64,000 nt of DNA from a virus (taxonomy: Duplodnaviria > Caudoviricetes). The position numbers and the translations under genes are program-made. Positions 19,987-30,566 of this stretch are shown piece by piece (position 1 is the first letter of the stretch; every line of letters starts with the position of its first letter). The DNA lies in IMG/VR virus record IMGVR_UViG_3300035661_000004, one strand, 5' to 3'. Below the pieces are notes generated by a model. It did no database searches and was not told the origin of the DNA. It saw only the letters and a list, made by a program, of their open reading frames with translations.

Positions 19987-21429
19987 CTAGCCTAAGCAGC
20001 GTTTCAGCTCTGCTGCGATGGTTTTGGCATAGTAGCCGGCATCACCATCAAGAACCTTGTTGCCTTTCTTGTGCTCGAACTCGTAGATGATGTTTGCATC
20101 GGCTTGATCGGGCGTTTGAAAGTTGATGATGAACTTGTCTCCGTTCGGACCTGGAATCTTGATACTCCACGGCGTCGCCGTGCACTTACTCAGCTGATCA
20201 GCTGGCAGAAGTTCGCATAGCTCTTCGTATGACCTGAGCACATAGATAATTTCGCCTAAGCCATGTGACGCCAGGCGAGTCTTATTCTTGGCACCGCTCT
20301 CGTAAACTTCAACGTCAGCGCCGCTCTCATAGTTGGGGTTGGCCCTGATGACCAGCAACCACTTGAATAGGTTGTTGGGGCCAGTCACAATCAAGCCCTC
20401 CTTCGACCGCGGAATCGTGATTTTGACATCAGTGTGCTCAGCGATCTCCTGCTGCCACTTGAGCAAAGCTTGCAGCTCTGGATCTTCGGCTTCATACAGC
20501 TCGCGTTCGGCGTCAAATTTCTGCACGTATTTCGGGTTTAGGCCCTTCTTCTTCATGAAGTTGGTCATACCGATGTTAAAAGCATGCAGCGCGTCAGGCA
20601 CCGACTTGACCTTGTCGTAGTAGGTCTTGAGGATGTTGGCGCCAATCTTGACCTGGTTCTCGATGTTGCCTTTTAGCTTGCTTGGGTCGATGCCCCAAAC
20701 ACCCGGCCGGATCTGTGTCAGGCCTACAGCCGGGTCATGCTTCAAGCCTGACACCACGTTAGGCTTGAACGAACTCTCGATGCCGATAACCGAGAGGATG
20801 TCTTCCGCCTTCGGAAAGGTCGGCTTCTCATGCTTGACGGCGAGGCGAGCGACCTTCAGGGCGAAGTCATCGGTGACCTTGTACTTGTCGACAACGATCG
20901 AAGCCAGCTCCTTAGCACGAGCCTCCTTCTTGTTGTCCTCTTGAGCCATGTGCTGCTTCATGGTCAAGCGCTTGGTCTCTGAGTCGTTCTCGGCCTTCTG
21001 TGCGGCGGAGACCGGCTCATGGGCGGGAGCCTTAAGCGTGCTGCCGGTCAGCGAAGCAGCGGCCAGGACACCGGCAGCCACGGCATGCTTGAAGCCTTCT
21101 TCGAGCTTCCCATCTTGCAGGTTACCGAAGGTCGGGAGCATTCGGCTAACATGGCGGTGAAAGCCAGCATGATCAGTCCAAGCCGAGAAACCGTTGACAG
21201 ACTTACCGTTCGCGGTCATGTCGCAAATATCGACCGTAGCTGAAAACGGCTCGTAAGCAGCAATGCTAAAGAGGATAGTTTGGGTCTCGCCTCTAAACTT
21301 GACATCGACACGGATATGCTGATCATCTACAACCTTGTAATGCAACCGCGGCTCGATCTCGATGAGCTCCTGCTGCAGACGCAACACGTCTTTTCTCGCT
21401 TCTAGGAGCTCGCTAAATAGAGGCAGCAT
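19987..21429 (-). CDS. Virion-associated lytic transglycosylase (SLT domain)
   Basis: IGIESSF, AVGLTQI, NQVKIGANIL and ALHAFNIG motifs; N-terminus MLPLFSELLEA. Confidence 0.75.
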   Translation of the reverse strand: MLPLFSELLEARKDVLRLQQELIEIEPRLHYKVVDDQHIRVDVKFRGETQTILFSIAAYEPFSATVDICDMTANGKSVNGFSAWTDHAGFHRHVSRMLPTFGNLQDGKLEEGFKHAVAAGVLAAASLTGSTLKAPAHEPVSAAQKAENDSETKRLTMKQHMAQEDNKKEARAKELASIVVDKYKVTDDFALKVARLAVKHEKPTFPKAEDILSVIGIESSFKPNVVSGLKHDPAVGLTQIRPGVWGIDPSKLKGNIENQVKIGANILKTYYDKVKSVPDALHAFNIGMTNFMKKKGLNPKYVQKFDAERELYEAEDPELQALLKWQQEIAEHTDVKITIPRSKEGLIVTGPNNLFKWLLVIRANPNYESGADVEVYESGAKNKTRLASHGLGEIIYVLRSYEELCELLPADQLSKCTATPWSIKIPGPNGDKFIINFQTPDQADANIIYEFEHKKGNKVLDGDAGYYAKTIAAELKRCLG

Positions 21430-21458
21430 ATTCCGTTCAAAAATGACTGGTGTGCTAT

Positions 21459-22166
21459 TTATGAGATACTATGTAAGTAAGAAAAGGTCTCATGATCTCT
21501 TACTCGTCTTCGAGACCATTTTAGCATTAGGGCGGCTTCTGAAACGTTTGCGTATTCAATGCCATTGACTGAGCAACGCTTAGCCATCGGGTTTGGTTTC
21601 GTTCGATCAATGCAGGCTGCTACCCTCTTCATTCGTTCCCTCCGTTCCTCAGCTGTCATCTTAGAGCATCGGGTAACAGCTGCTATTGAAACCTTACGCT
21701 TGCGTTCTTCTGTGTGCTGTTGTCCTGTTAAGCTGATCGCGATTTTGTTACCCCATGTACATTTACGGCCCTTAAACATGCTACTAAGAAGAGCCTTAGT
21801 TTCCACTGACAGCTTCTTCCCTAAATTAAGCTGTCGTAGGCGTTCAATACCTTCAGGTGTCATCCGATGACCACGACTGCCTTCACCACCAATCGACCGA
21901 TTATAAAGAATTCCTGTTCCGATGTCTTTCCTACCATGCTTAGCAATATAAGCCATCTCTAGAGCGAATGCTGTATCGCGATCAAGCTGTTCATGCAGCT
22001 TTCGTACTTGAACTTTTTCTTTTCCTTCTTTACGGATCTTATTTGCGATGTAGCTTGTAGCTCTAGGGTGAAAATGATCATCAGGCCTATTGTTCTTACC
22101 TTTTCCGAAGTACAGCGGTGTTCCGTCCAAAAGCTCGATCACGTAGACAAAATAAATAGCATCCAT
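21459..22166 (-). mobile_element. GIY-YIG homing endonuclease with NUMOD repeats
   Basis: YFVYVI...LYFGKGK..R...H motif, ILYNRSIGGEG, NUMOD3/NUMOD1 tail; AT-rich. Confidence 0.8.
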
Positions 22167-22195
22167 ACCAACTATATAGTTAGAATGTAGGCACG

Positions 22196-23638
22196 ATGTC
22201 TAAAAAATGTACCATTGTCATTGATGATGAAGTAAATTGCCGAATCGGTGGTTTGCATCCCGGACATCTTGAAGTTCTTTGGAACAAATTCGGCTTTTAT
22301 GTCGAAGGCTACCGTTATATGCCTCAATTTCAGCTGGGCAGGTGGAGTGGCAAGGTCCATTTTATGGACCAGCAAGGCAAGACCTACACAAAGCTGCTTG
22401 TCGAGATCCTCCCTTACCTTGTGGTTTGGGAGTATGACATCGACTTCGATGATCGGCGCTTGCCGGTCAAAGCCATCACCGAGGTGGCGACCGAGGACAT
22501 GTTCCAGACCGAGTTCAAGTTCAGGCCGTACCAGCTCAACGTCATCAACAAGCTGTTGCAAGAAGGCTCGGGCTTCGGCATCTGTGCTACGGGCTCAGGG
22601 AAGACTTCAATGTGCGCCGCGATGGCGTACCTGCTTGCCAAGCAGGGGTTTCAGGTCATCATCATCGTACCGTCAGGCGACCTGATCACCCAAACAGTGA
22701 CTGAGTTTGAGGAGAGGCTGGTCAACATCAAGGGTGACCTGACCATCGGCTCCTACTCAGGCAGCGAGAAGAACATCGACCACCCGATCGTTGTTGCTAC
22801 CTGGCAGTCCCTGCAGAACGCCCCGCACTACATGGCCTACTTCCAAGCGGTCATCGTAGACGAGGCTCACGGCGCTAAGGCCGATGTTATCAAGAAGCTG
22901 ATCAACGAGCACGGCAAGCACATCGCCTACCGCTACGGCGTCACCGGCACCTTCCCGAAGCCTGAGACAGACCAGTACTCGCTGCGGACCTCCATCGGGC
23001 CGATCCATGTCACGGTTGATGCGGCTTGGCTGATCAGCCAGGGCTACCTGTCAAGCATCAACATCACCGACATCGAGATTCAGGACCTGGTAGAGGAGGA
23101 GTTCCCTGACTATCAGTCAGAGCGAGCTTACCTTTCAAAGAACACCGACCGTCTTGAGCTGATCGCCAAGCTGATCATGCAGAAGCGCGACGAGGTCGGC
23201 AACACGCTGGTGCTTGTCAACAGCATTGTGCAGGGGCAGGCGCTCGAGGAGCTGATTCCAGGCGCTGTCTTCCTCTTTGGTGAGTCTGAAAATGACTTGC
23301 GGAAGCAGAACTACCAAGAGTACGCCGAGCGGGACAACATCATCCTGATCGCCTCCGTCGGCATCGCATCGACCGGCATCTCGATCGACCGCATCTTCTG
23401 CCAATGGCTTATCGACACCGGCAAGTCATTCGTTAAGTGCATCCAGTCTGTAGGTCGTGGCCTGCGAAAGAAGGGTGACAAGAAACATATCGAAGTCTAT
23501 GACGTGCACTCGAAGCTGAAGTTCAGTAAAAAGCACTTCAAGAAGCGGAAAGAGTACTACCAGGAGGCTGGATACCCCATCTCCAAGCCTGTCAAAGTCA
23601 AGTACACCGAAGCGTCCAAGCCAGGGCTGCTTAGCTAA
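22196..23638 (+). CDS. uvsW: SF2 DNA helicase UvsW
   Basis: FRPYQ, CATGSGKT, VDEAH, GVTGT, STGISI and QSVGRGLRK motifs. Confidence 0.92.
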   Translation: MSKKCTIVIDDEVNCRIGGLHPGHLEVLWNKFGFYVEGYRYMPQFQLGRWSGKVHFMDQQGKTYTKLLVEILPYLVVWEYDIDFDDRRLPVKAITEVATEDMFQTEFKFRPYQLNVINKLLQEGSGFGICATGSGKTSMCAAMAYLLAKQGFQVIIIVPSGDLITQTVTEFEERLVNIKGDLTIGSYSGSEKNIDHPIVVATWQSLQNAPHYMAYFQAVIVDEAHGAKADVIKKLINEHGKHIAYRYGVTGTFPKPETDQYSLRTSIGPIHVTVDAAWLISQGYLSSINITDIEIQDLVEEEFPDYQSERAYLSKNTDRLELIAKLIMQKRDEVGNTLVLVNSIVQGQALEELIPGAVFLFGESENDLRKQNYQEYAERDNIILIASVGIASTGISIDRIFCQWLIDTGKSFVKCIQSVGRGLRKKGDKKHIEVYDVHSKLKFSKKHFKKRKEYYQEAGYPISKPVKVKYTEASKPGLLS

Positions 23639-24012
23639 CCAAGGAAACCCACCATGTCCCTCAATCTCGACCTCCACCAACTGAAGCAAGCAGTCGCCAT
23701 CCTCGGCGGCGACTATGAGACCCAGCTCACTATCAAGCAGTTTGCCGACGGCTCCGTCCACGCCTGGGTCGCTGAGTACCCAGATGAAGGCTCTGTCCTG
23801 CTCGTGCCCGCGCCTGAGGCCATCAAGCAGATCGAGCAAGAGACGCCGTTCACCGTCATGATCAACACGCTCGCAGATCCGCTGGCTTTGGTTGGCACCT
23901 TTGCGAAGGCTGAGCCAGGCGCTGAGCGTCAGGTCTACAGCCTCGACGTCGGCCTGACGCAAGGAGAGGTAGACGCGATCTGGGCAGCGGCCATCAAGCG
24001 CCTGGTCTGACC

Positions 24013-24450
24013 ATGCAGCTCTACACAATGGTCTTCGCCTTTGACCCTAACGGACGGGTGGCTCTGATCAAGAAGAATCGTCCTGACTACCTCGCAGGTA
24101 AGTGGAACGGGATCGGCGGCAAGGTAGAACCAGGCGAAGCCATTGAGGACGCTGCCGTGCGCGAGGTGCACGAGGAATCGGGGCTCGATTTGCTGACCTC
24201 TGAGCTCACCAGGTGCGGTGTTTTCACGGTGCAGGACAAGTATGAGATTCATATCTTCAGAGCTGTCATCCCGGTGGATCAGCTTTACTCGGCTTACACG
24301 GTCACGGACGAAGAGGTGCGGACCTTCCATCCTAGCGAGGTGCACGTCATTACGATGGATCAGCATTCGCTGATGTTCTACCAAGCCGCCGTCATTAGCG
24401 TTAACCACCACGCAAACCACCGCATGAATTTTCAATTCGTTTCGTTCTAG
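24013..24450 (+). CDS. Nudix hydrolase (MutT-like)
   Basis: GGKVEPGEAIEDAAVREVHEESGL Nudix box. Confidence 0.9.
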   Translation: MQLYTMVFAFDPNGRVALIKKNRPDYLAGKWNGIGGKVEPGEAIEDAAVREVHEESGLDLLTSELTRCGVFTVQDKYEIHIFRAVIPVDQLYSAYTVTDEEVRTFHPSEVHVITMDQHSLMFYQAAVISVNHHANHRMNFQFVSF

Positions 24451-24470
24451 CGGTATAATCCAAGGACTAC

Positions 24471-24977
24471 ATGCAAATTCTTCCTGACTACGGCTTTGCG
24501 TTCGCCATCGATGACGTAACAACACCCGTTATTCCTAAGTACGCTTGGTTCTACGACGTGCAGGTAAATGACTTTCTTCTCAGGCCGATTCACATGCTTG
24601 AGGAGACAACCGGCCCGACGGTGACCGCTCGGATCAACGGCACGGTCATCTCAGTGCCTGCGAGCTGGTACATACTGATCGTTGATGACGACACGCGCAC
24701 CGTAGACACGGTGCCGATCACTCAATGCGCCTCTTCGGCCTTCAAGGCTTACTTGATGCACCCAAGGCTGAACCGCTACGAAGCTGTAGCTGTCGAGCTG
24801 ATGGACTTGGACTACAACGGCGTTGTTGTTCACCTGGCCATCCCGCGCTTGACCATGATCTGTCATCCGGTTGGGCAGACCATGTCGAGCAAGGACTTGC
24901 CGATGAACGTCCTGCTCGGCCCGCAAGACCTGGGCAAGCACATGGTCAACATGAGCGCGCAGGAGCTGCTGATTTGA
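24471..24977 (+). CDS. Hypothetical protein
   Basis: 168-aa ORF with RBS in a co-directional cluster. Confidence 0.65.
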   Translation: MQILPDYGFAFAIDDVTTPVIPKYAWFYDVQVNDFLLRPIHMLEETTGPTVTARINGTVISVPASWYILIVDDDTRTVDTVPITQCASSAFKAYLMHPRLNRYEAVAVELMDLDYNGVVVHLAIPRLTMICHPVGQTMSSKDLPMNVLLGPQDLGKHMVNMSAQELLI

Positions 24978-24988
24978 AGCCGCTGACG

Positions 24989-25579
24989 ATGAGTCATCGT
25001 GTGGCTTGCCAAAGCCTTGTGAGCCTTGTCGGCACAGCAATGCTAATTGAAGTACCCAGCGAGCTTAAGTCGAGCGTCACAGCCGCGGCTGAATCGTTGC
25101 ATAAGTGGAAGCTTGTCAGCCGGCGTAAGGAGGATCGTGACATTCCTCAGTATGAGGATGCATACCTCGAGACGGTCGCTGAAGTCAACGTCTGGCGTTA
25201 CTTGGTAGCTCATCGGTTCAACGCCCATTGGATGGGCTTTGGCAGCACTAACACCGGCGCATATGACATCATCGTAGCTACGTATGATGAGCCGATGAAG
25301 CTTGACGTTAAGTTGTCTAAGCGGTCGGTTTATGCTGGCACCACGTCTATCATGAACAGCGAGCATGCGGCGATCTTTGGCTCGTATGATTCGTTGAGCA
25401 ATCCCACCCCACCTACGGATCCAAACGTGATCCACGTGCGCGTAGTACTTGATGAATGCAGCGGTGCGAGCGCATTAACCCTCTCTCAAGTGTTTTATGC
25501 TCGACAGCAATCTTGGATTGACTCAAAGCGCGACACTATCTCAAAATTCATCAGCTTGAAAGATATTATTCCGCTATGA
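24989..25579 (+). CDS. Putative PD-(D/E)XK nuclease
   Basis: VAE...YDII...LDVK motif; start uncertain. Confidence 0.4.
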   Translation: MSHRVACQSLVSLVGTAMLIEVPSELKSSVTAAAESLHKWKLVSRRKEDRDIPQYEDAYLETVAEVNVWRYLVAHRFNAHWMGFGSTNTGAYDIIVATYDEPMKLDVKLSKRSVYAGTTSIMNSEHAAIFGSYDSLSNPTPPTDPNVIHVRVVLDECSGASALTLSQVFYARQQSWIDSKRDTISKFISLKDIIPL

Positions 25580-26154
25580 GCAACATCCTCAATTTCTTGG
25601 CCAACAAGGCTGACGCGCCCGGAGGCACGTATGTCGGCGCCAACGTCGAAGACTTCAACGCCGAGCACTGTGCACTGTTCAAGAGCCTGTCATGCATTGC
25701 AGGTTCAAGGGTAGCTAGCGAGAAGCTGCACATCACGGTTGTCTACAGCAAGGGCACGGTTGTCGAGCCCGACCTGCTCAAGCCTGCGTTCGACTCTTAC
25801 AAGCTGCCGCTCAAGGCCAAGATCATCGGAGCTGCAGCCTTTGACGCCGTGCCTCGCGAAGACGGCACCCGAGCCGATGACGTGAGCACGTTGGTGCTGA
25901 AGCTTGAATGTTCTGAGCTCATGCAGCTGCACGCTGCTTGCAAGGATCTGGGTTGCACCCACACTTACCCCGAGCTCAGCCCGCATGTCTCGCTCTGCTA
26001 CGACGTGCCGAAGGCTGAGTGCCATTCGGCGGTCGATGACCTCAACAGCAAGATTGCAAGTCTGAGCGAGCCGTTGTACGTCAACATCACCAAGCTCTTT
26101 ACCGAGCCGATCAAGACGGACTGGGTGAAGGCAAACTTCAAGAAGGCAGCATGA
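25576..26154 (+). CDS. 2H phosphodiesterase, T4 gp57B / Acb1-like (candidate anti-CBASS)
   Basis: GTYVGA, LHITVVYS and YPELSPHVSLCY (two Hx[T/S] motifs). Confidence 0.75.
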   Translation: MSNILNFLANKADAPGGTYVGANVEDFNAEHCALFKSLSCIAGSRVASEKLHITVVYSKGTVVEPDLLKPAFDSYKLPLKAKIIGAAAFDAVPREDGTRADDVSTLVLKLECSELMQLHAACKDLGCTHTYPELSPHVSLCYDVPKAECHSAVDDLNSKIASLSEPLYVNITKLFTEPIKTDWVKANFKKAA

Positions 26155-26632
26155 ACTACTTTGAGTATTTTCGCTCCGCTACCAAGCCGTTCTTCATCGC
26201 CTGCACCCCGGCTCCTAGCACCGACGGTCCTGTCACCAACCTTACCATCACGGTTTGCAAAGGTGAGCCATTAGAGCTGACCTTTGATGAACTGTGGGGC
26301 GAGTTTGAAGTCGTGCCCGAACGAGTCGCTGACTCGGTGACCACGGCCATCAGGGCCGTCAACGTGCTGCGCAACAGCATCGCCGCGCGGTCCCGGCGAG
26401 TCTTCGGCAACCTACTGTTCACGGCTGACGCTGAGTTCATTGAACTGCTGAAGACACAGCACGGCTCGCAAGATATAACCTATGTGCATGCGCCAGAGCT
26501 ACCGGTCGGTGAGCTGCGCATGGCGCTTTTTTCATCAAAGAACAGTGCCATAGAGGGTGGTATCGCCTGGCATGACGGCCAGCTGTACGCTCACGAAGGC
26601 TACTTGAATTACTTCGCTCGTATGGTGCTCTG

Positions 26633-27184
26633 ATGACTGACGCCATCCGTGCTGAGTTTGAAGAGATCGTGCAACGCCTACAGGCTAACGGCATGATCCC
26701 TAAGCCTACCTCGCCTAAGGACGAGTCAGTGCGTGACAGGGTGCTGACTCGCTTCAGGCTAGGCTCGAAGACCAAGGCGCCAGTTGGTGCAGGTAACTAT
26801 ACACCTGGCGTCAAGGTACTTATCATTGGTGAGCAGACCAGCCACCCAGAGGTCAACAAGTACCATGCGCCGTTCTGTTCGATCAAGGCTTGCTCAGGTT
26901 GGCTCAACGCTCAGCTCTGCGACGCTAAGATTGACGAGAAGGATCTCTTCTGGGTCAACGCTCTTGACAATGACGGCACGCCTGTTGACCTAGGTGCGAT
27001 GTACAGCTATCTCAAGCCGCAGTTCGTGTTTGCCCTAGGCAAGGTCGCTGAGCGTCAGCTTGAGAAGCACAAGGTCCCTTACACAGCCTTCGCTCACCCG
27101 CAATACTGGAAGCGATTTAAGAGCAAAGAGCCTTACCCCTTCATTCAGGTACTGCAAATTGCAACTAAAGGCATGCCGCAATAG
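26633..27184 (+). CDS. Uracil-DNA glycosylase superfamily protein
   Basis: VLIIGEQ..HP, FVFALGKVA and FAHPQYW motifs. Confidence 0.65.
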   Translation: MTDAIRAEFEEIVQRLQANGMIPKPTSPKDESVRDRVLTRFRLGSKTKAPVGAGNYTPGVKVLIIGEQTSHPEVNKYHAPFCSIKACSGWLNAQLCDAKIDEKDLFWVNALDNDGTPVDLGAMYSYLKPQFVFALGKVAERQLEKHKVPYTAFAHPQYWKRFKSKEPYPFIQVLQIATKGMPQ

Positions 27185-27375
27185 TTCACCTGCGGGCAAA
27201 GCTGTGTTACAATCCGAGACCATGTTTACCCTCCGCAACACCCTTCTGACGGTTGTCGTGCTCTACGGAGCGTCCGCTGTTGCTTGCCTCAGGTTGTGGC
27301 TCGCAGATGACATTGTCCTCTTGATGCTTGCGGCTGTACCCTTCCTCTACTACATGATCGTTAAGGTGCGCTGAC

Positions 27376-28524
27376 ATGGCAATTTGGACCCTCGATGACT
27401 TTAAGGGCAAGAAGGTCGGCATCGACCTCCTGCAACGACGCCTGACCGATGACGAGCACTCGCACGGCAACTCGTGGGCTCAGCTCCGATCCAACCAGAT
27501 GGTCAACCTCGGCGTTGACTGCGAGACCATCCATGAAGGCAGCAAGCCTGAAGCCGAGTACACGGCTTGGGATCAGTATGACGTCATCCTGCTCTACCAG
27601 GACATGGCGATGCAGAACTTCGTCGACAGCAACATCGTCAACGTCTACGACATCGGCTTGGACAAGTCCGCGTGGTACTTCCAGCGGATTATGTGGGACA
27701 AGCACAAGCACATCAAGATCGTGTCGCTTGATTGGCCGATGCTCGACTACGGTAAGCGTGGCCGTTACAAGTCTACACGCCCGGTCTGCTCCGACGCCTG
27801 GCGCGCCACCGACTGGGAGAAGTACCAGGAGAAGTGCGACCAGATCCTGGCCGACGAGTACGTGCTTGACCCAGGCTTCACCTACGCCAAGGGCAAGGTT
27901 AGGCACCTGGTCATGGGCGACTCGCACGCTCACTCGGCCTACAAGGCAGGCTCAATGGTGCTGCGCAAGGACGGGCGCACGCTCGCCGGCGTCATCAAGA
28001 AGGGACTTCTCAATGAGATCACCGGCGCAGGCTTTGACCTGGCTGACATCGACACGCTGACCTGCTACTACGGCAGCATCGACATTCGTCACCACCTTTG
28101 CCGTGACCCTGACCCCAAAGCCGCATGCGCCAAGCTGCTGGCCGACTACGAGCAGGCCCTCCTCCTGGCCGGGCGGCCGATTGAGCTGGTGACTCCGCTG
28201 CCCATCGAGGACGAGTCCCGCGTGGTTCCGAAGATGGGCTGGTACAAGGGCACGCCGTTCTTCGGCACCCGCCTCGAGCGTAAAGCGGTGCTGGACCAGT
28301 TCATCGCTGGGCTACATGACATCGCCGCTCGCAACAGCTGGACGGTGTTCAGCTGGCCTGAGAGCTGGTACGCCATGGACCCAGTGGACTTCATGAAGTT
28401 CATGGAGCGCCCACGTTCGGTCCACCTTGGCTGGTGCAACTACCGTTGGGACTTGAAGGGCAACAGGCCCAACCCCGTCCACCAGAAGGTAGTCCCCGTC
28501 GTTTCAAACCTCTTGGAGTTCTGA
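27376..28524 (+). CDS. Uncharacterized protein, possibly DNA-modification associated (glycosyltransferase-like N-terminus, SGNH-like C-terminus)
   Basis: LVMGDSHAHS, YYGSIDIRHHL and SVHL motifs; lies in the modification cluster. Confidence 0.45.
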   Translation: MAIWTLDDFKGKKVGIDLLQRRLTDDEHSHGNSWAQLRSNQMVNLGVDCETIHEGSKPEAEYTAWDQYDVILLYQDMAMQNFVDSNIVNVYDIGLDKSAWYFQRIMWDKHKHIKIVSLDWPMLDYGKRGRYKSTRPVCSDAWRATDWEKYQEKCDQILADEYVLDPGFTYAKGKVRHLVMGDSHAHSAYKAGSMVLRKDGRTLAGVIKKGLLNEITGAGFDLADIDTLTCYYGSIDIRHHLCRDPDPKAACAKLLADYEQALLLAGRPIELVTPLPIEDESRVVPKMGWYKGTPFFGTRLERKAVLDQFIAGLHDIAARNSWTVFSWPESWYAMDPVDFMKFMERPRSVHLGWCNYRWDLKGNRPNPVHQKVVPVVSNLLEF

Positions 28525-28715
28525 CATGGCTGAACAACGTGTGGTCATCGTCTTCCTGCCTCGCAAGGGGCAGCCGTGAGAATCACCTTTTCGCGCTGCC
28601 TTCATGGGCTTTGGCACCATCATCGAGCTCGAGGACGGCACCGTCACCTCGGTTGACATGCACAGCATGAAGTTCGAAACCTTCAACCCAGTGCTCAACC
28701 CGACTCCTGCCATGA

Positions 28716-29204
28716 TTGCGCGCGCTGCGAAACGGCCGCCCTATCCCTTCTAACATGAAATCGCTGACCAACGTTATCAAGCTGGCTTACAAGAAAGCTG
28801 CAGCTCGTAAGTGGGACCGCATCTACTGGGCGATTGACATCCACGAGACCATCCTCGTGCCGTCATATGACAGCAAGGTCCTGGGCGTTCACTACCCGCT
28901 GGTGATTGAAAGCTTGAAGCTGATCCTCAGCTTCCCTGAGTCACGGATCATCCTTTGGTCCTCCCTCAGCCCAGAAGACATGCAGCGGCACAAGGACCAC
29001 ATCTTCAAGGACATCTTCTCTCCCAAGGAGCAGGACTGCGTCTACCTCAACTGCAATCCCGAGTGCGGTGAGACCGAGTACGCAAGCTTTAACCAGAAGT
29101 TCTACTTCAACGTCCTGCTAGATGACAAGGCTGGCTTTGACGCCGAGACCGACTGGAAGACGGTCATTGACACCCTCACCGCCTACCGCCGGCCGCTACC
29201 CTAA
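28716..29204 (+). CDS. HAD-superfamily phosphatase/nucleotidase-like protein
   Basis: AIDIHETI (DxxxT), ILWSS and LLDDKAG motifs. Confidence 0.6.
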   Translation: MRALRNGRPIPSNMKSLTNVIKLAYKKAAARKWDRIYWAIDIHETILVPSYDSKVLGVHYPLVIESLKLILSFPESRIILWSSLSPEDMQRHKDHIFKDIFSPKEQDCVYLNCNPECGETEYASFNQKFYFNVLLDDKAGFDAETDWKTVIDTLTAYRRPLP

Positions 29205-29438
29205 ATAGCCAATGACTGACTGCATTTGCAAAGGCAAAGGCAACTGGCGCGCTATTGTCGCCGAAGTTGAACCGCTGCTCGACACCAAGTTCATCGACGA
29301 TGACGGCTACATCTGGGTCCTCTACGGCTTGGTGCACGGCAAGGATGACTATTACTACGGCATGCGCCGCCTTGACGGCAAGACGACGCTGCTGTCTTGC
29401 GTTGGCAACCTGCAAGCACACGGATTTGAGCCGCACCC

Positions 29439-30566
29439 ATGACAGTCCTCAACTACCTTGACCGCTCCCGCTGGGACCAGTTCTGCTACTTCCTCAAGCA
29501 GATGAACGTCCGAGGTCTTGCGGCTCACTACAACAAGACCTACAGCTACACCACGGCCCTCTCGCCGGACGTTATGTACTTCCAGCCGCTGGTCTTAGCG
29601 CCGTCTGACCGCCGGATGCTGGCGCGCGACATCATCGGCGTTCCGTCAAGCCAGCTCTCACCCGAGGACAAGGTCTGCAACGCGTCGTTGTCTTACTGGT
29701 ATGGCCCGACCTACATCCTGACCTACTTGACCGGGATCACCGACACAGCCAAGGCGCACATAGACTTTGACCGTGTCTACGATGACCAGGACTACGTCGA
29801 GTCCCTGCGAGCCAACATCGCCTTTGCCCGCAAGCACAAGCATCCCATCTGGACTACGACTGAGCTACACACGTCGATCCAGACAGAAGGCCGCAACTAC
29901 TGCAAGCAGAAGTACAACGACCCGGCCCGCAAGGCTGACTCGTTGGACATCGTCGAGTGGATGGCTCACCTCAAGCGTAACGGCTGGGTGAAGAAGGTCA
30001 TCGAGGCGAAGACCCTCGAAGACGCTTACAAGGCTTACTGCGAGCCTCGAGGTGTAGGCCCGTACTTCGGCGGCAACGCTGTCATGATGGCCGCCAACCT
30101 CAAGGAAGCCGCATACTCGCACGAAGAAAGCTTCTGCGCAGCTGGCGGCGGCGCGATCGCCACGCTTGACTGGCTGTTTGAGCCGATGAAGAGCGCCGGC
30201 GTCAAGCTGAATCCCAATAAGCTCATTAACCTCCTCGTTGAGCATCAAGACACTCTGATGCCTGATGTCAAGGTGCCGGTTGAGTTCCAAAACTTGGACG
30301 GCTGGGACGGCAAGATTCTCAAGAAGGACCAAACCTTCTATACGGCCAACAGCTTAGAGGTAGGTTTGTGCCAGTGCAGCGTCTACAACAAGTTCCTCAA
30401 GGAGCCTGAGGCGATGAAGCGGCGCAAGGACGTGACCTACGACCTGACGCCGTTTAAGCTGCGGGAGCAGGGTGTTGCGGCCGATGACATCCCAACGGGT
30501 GACTACGGCAAGACCGTGGACATGAAGCCGGAACCGCCGTTCAGGCTCGACCTGCTCGAGTTCTGA
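29439..30566 (+). CDS. alpha-glutamyl/putrescinyl thymine pyrophosphorylase-like (amino acid:DNA transferase family) protein
   Basis: HhH-like PRGVGPYFGG, AGGGAIATLDWLF and EVGLCQCSVY resemble aGPT-Pplase motifs. Confidence 0.55.
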   Translation: MTVLNYLDRSRWDQFCYFLKQMNVRGLAAHYNKTYSYTTALSPDVMYFQPLVLAPSDRRMLARDIIGVPSSQLSPEDKVCNASLSYWYGPTYILTYLTGITDTAKAHIDFDRVYDDQDYVESLRANIAFARKHKHPIWTTTELHTSIQTEGRNYCKQKYNDPARKADSLDIVEWMAHLKRNGWVKKVIEAKTLEDAYKAYCEPRGVGPYFGGNAVMMAANLKEAAYSHEESFCAAGGGAIATLDWLFEPMKSAGVKLNPNKLINLLVEHQDTLMPDVKVPVEFQNLDGWDGKILKKDQTFYTANSLEVGLCQCSVYNKFLKEPEAMKRRKDVTYDLTPFKLREQGVAADDIPTGDYGKTVDMKPEPPFRLDLLEF

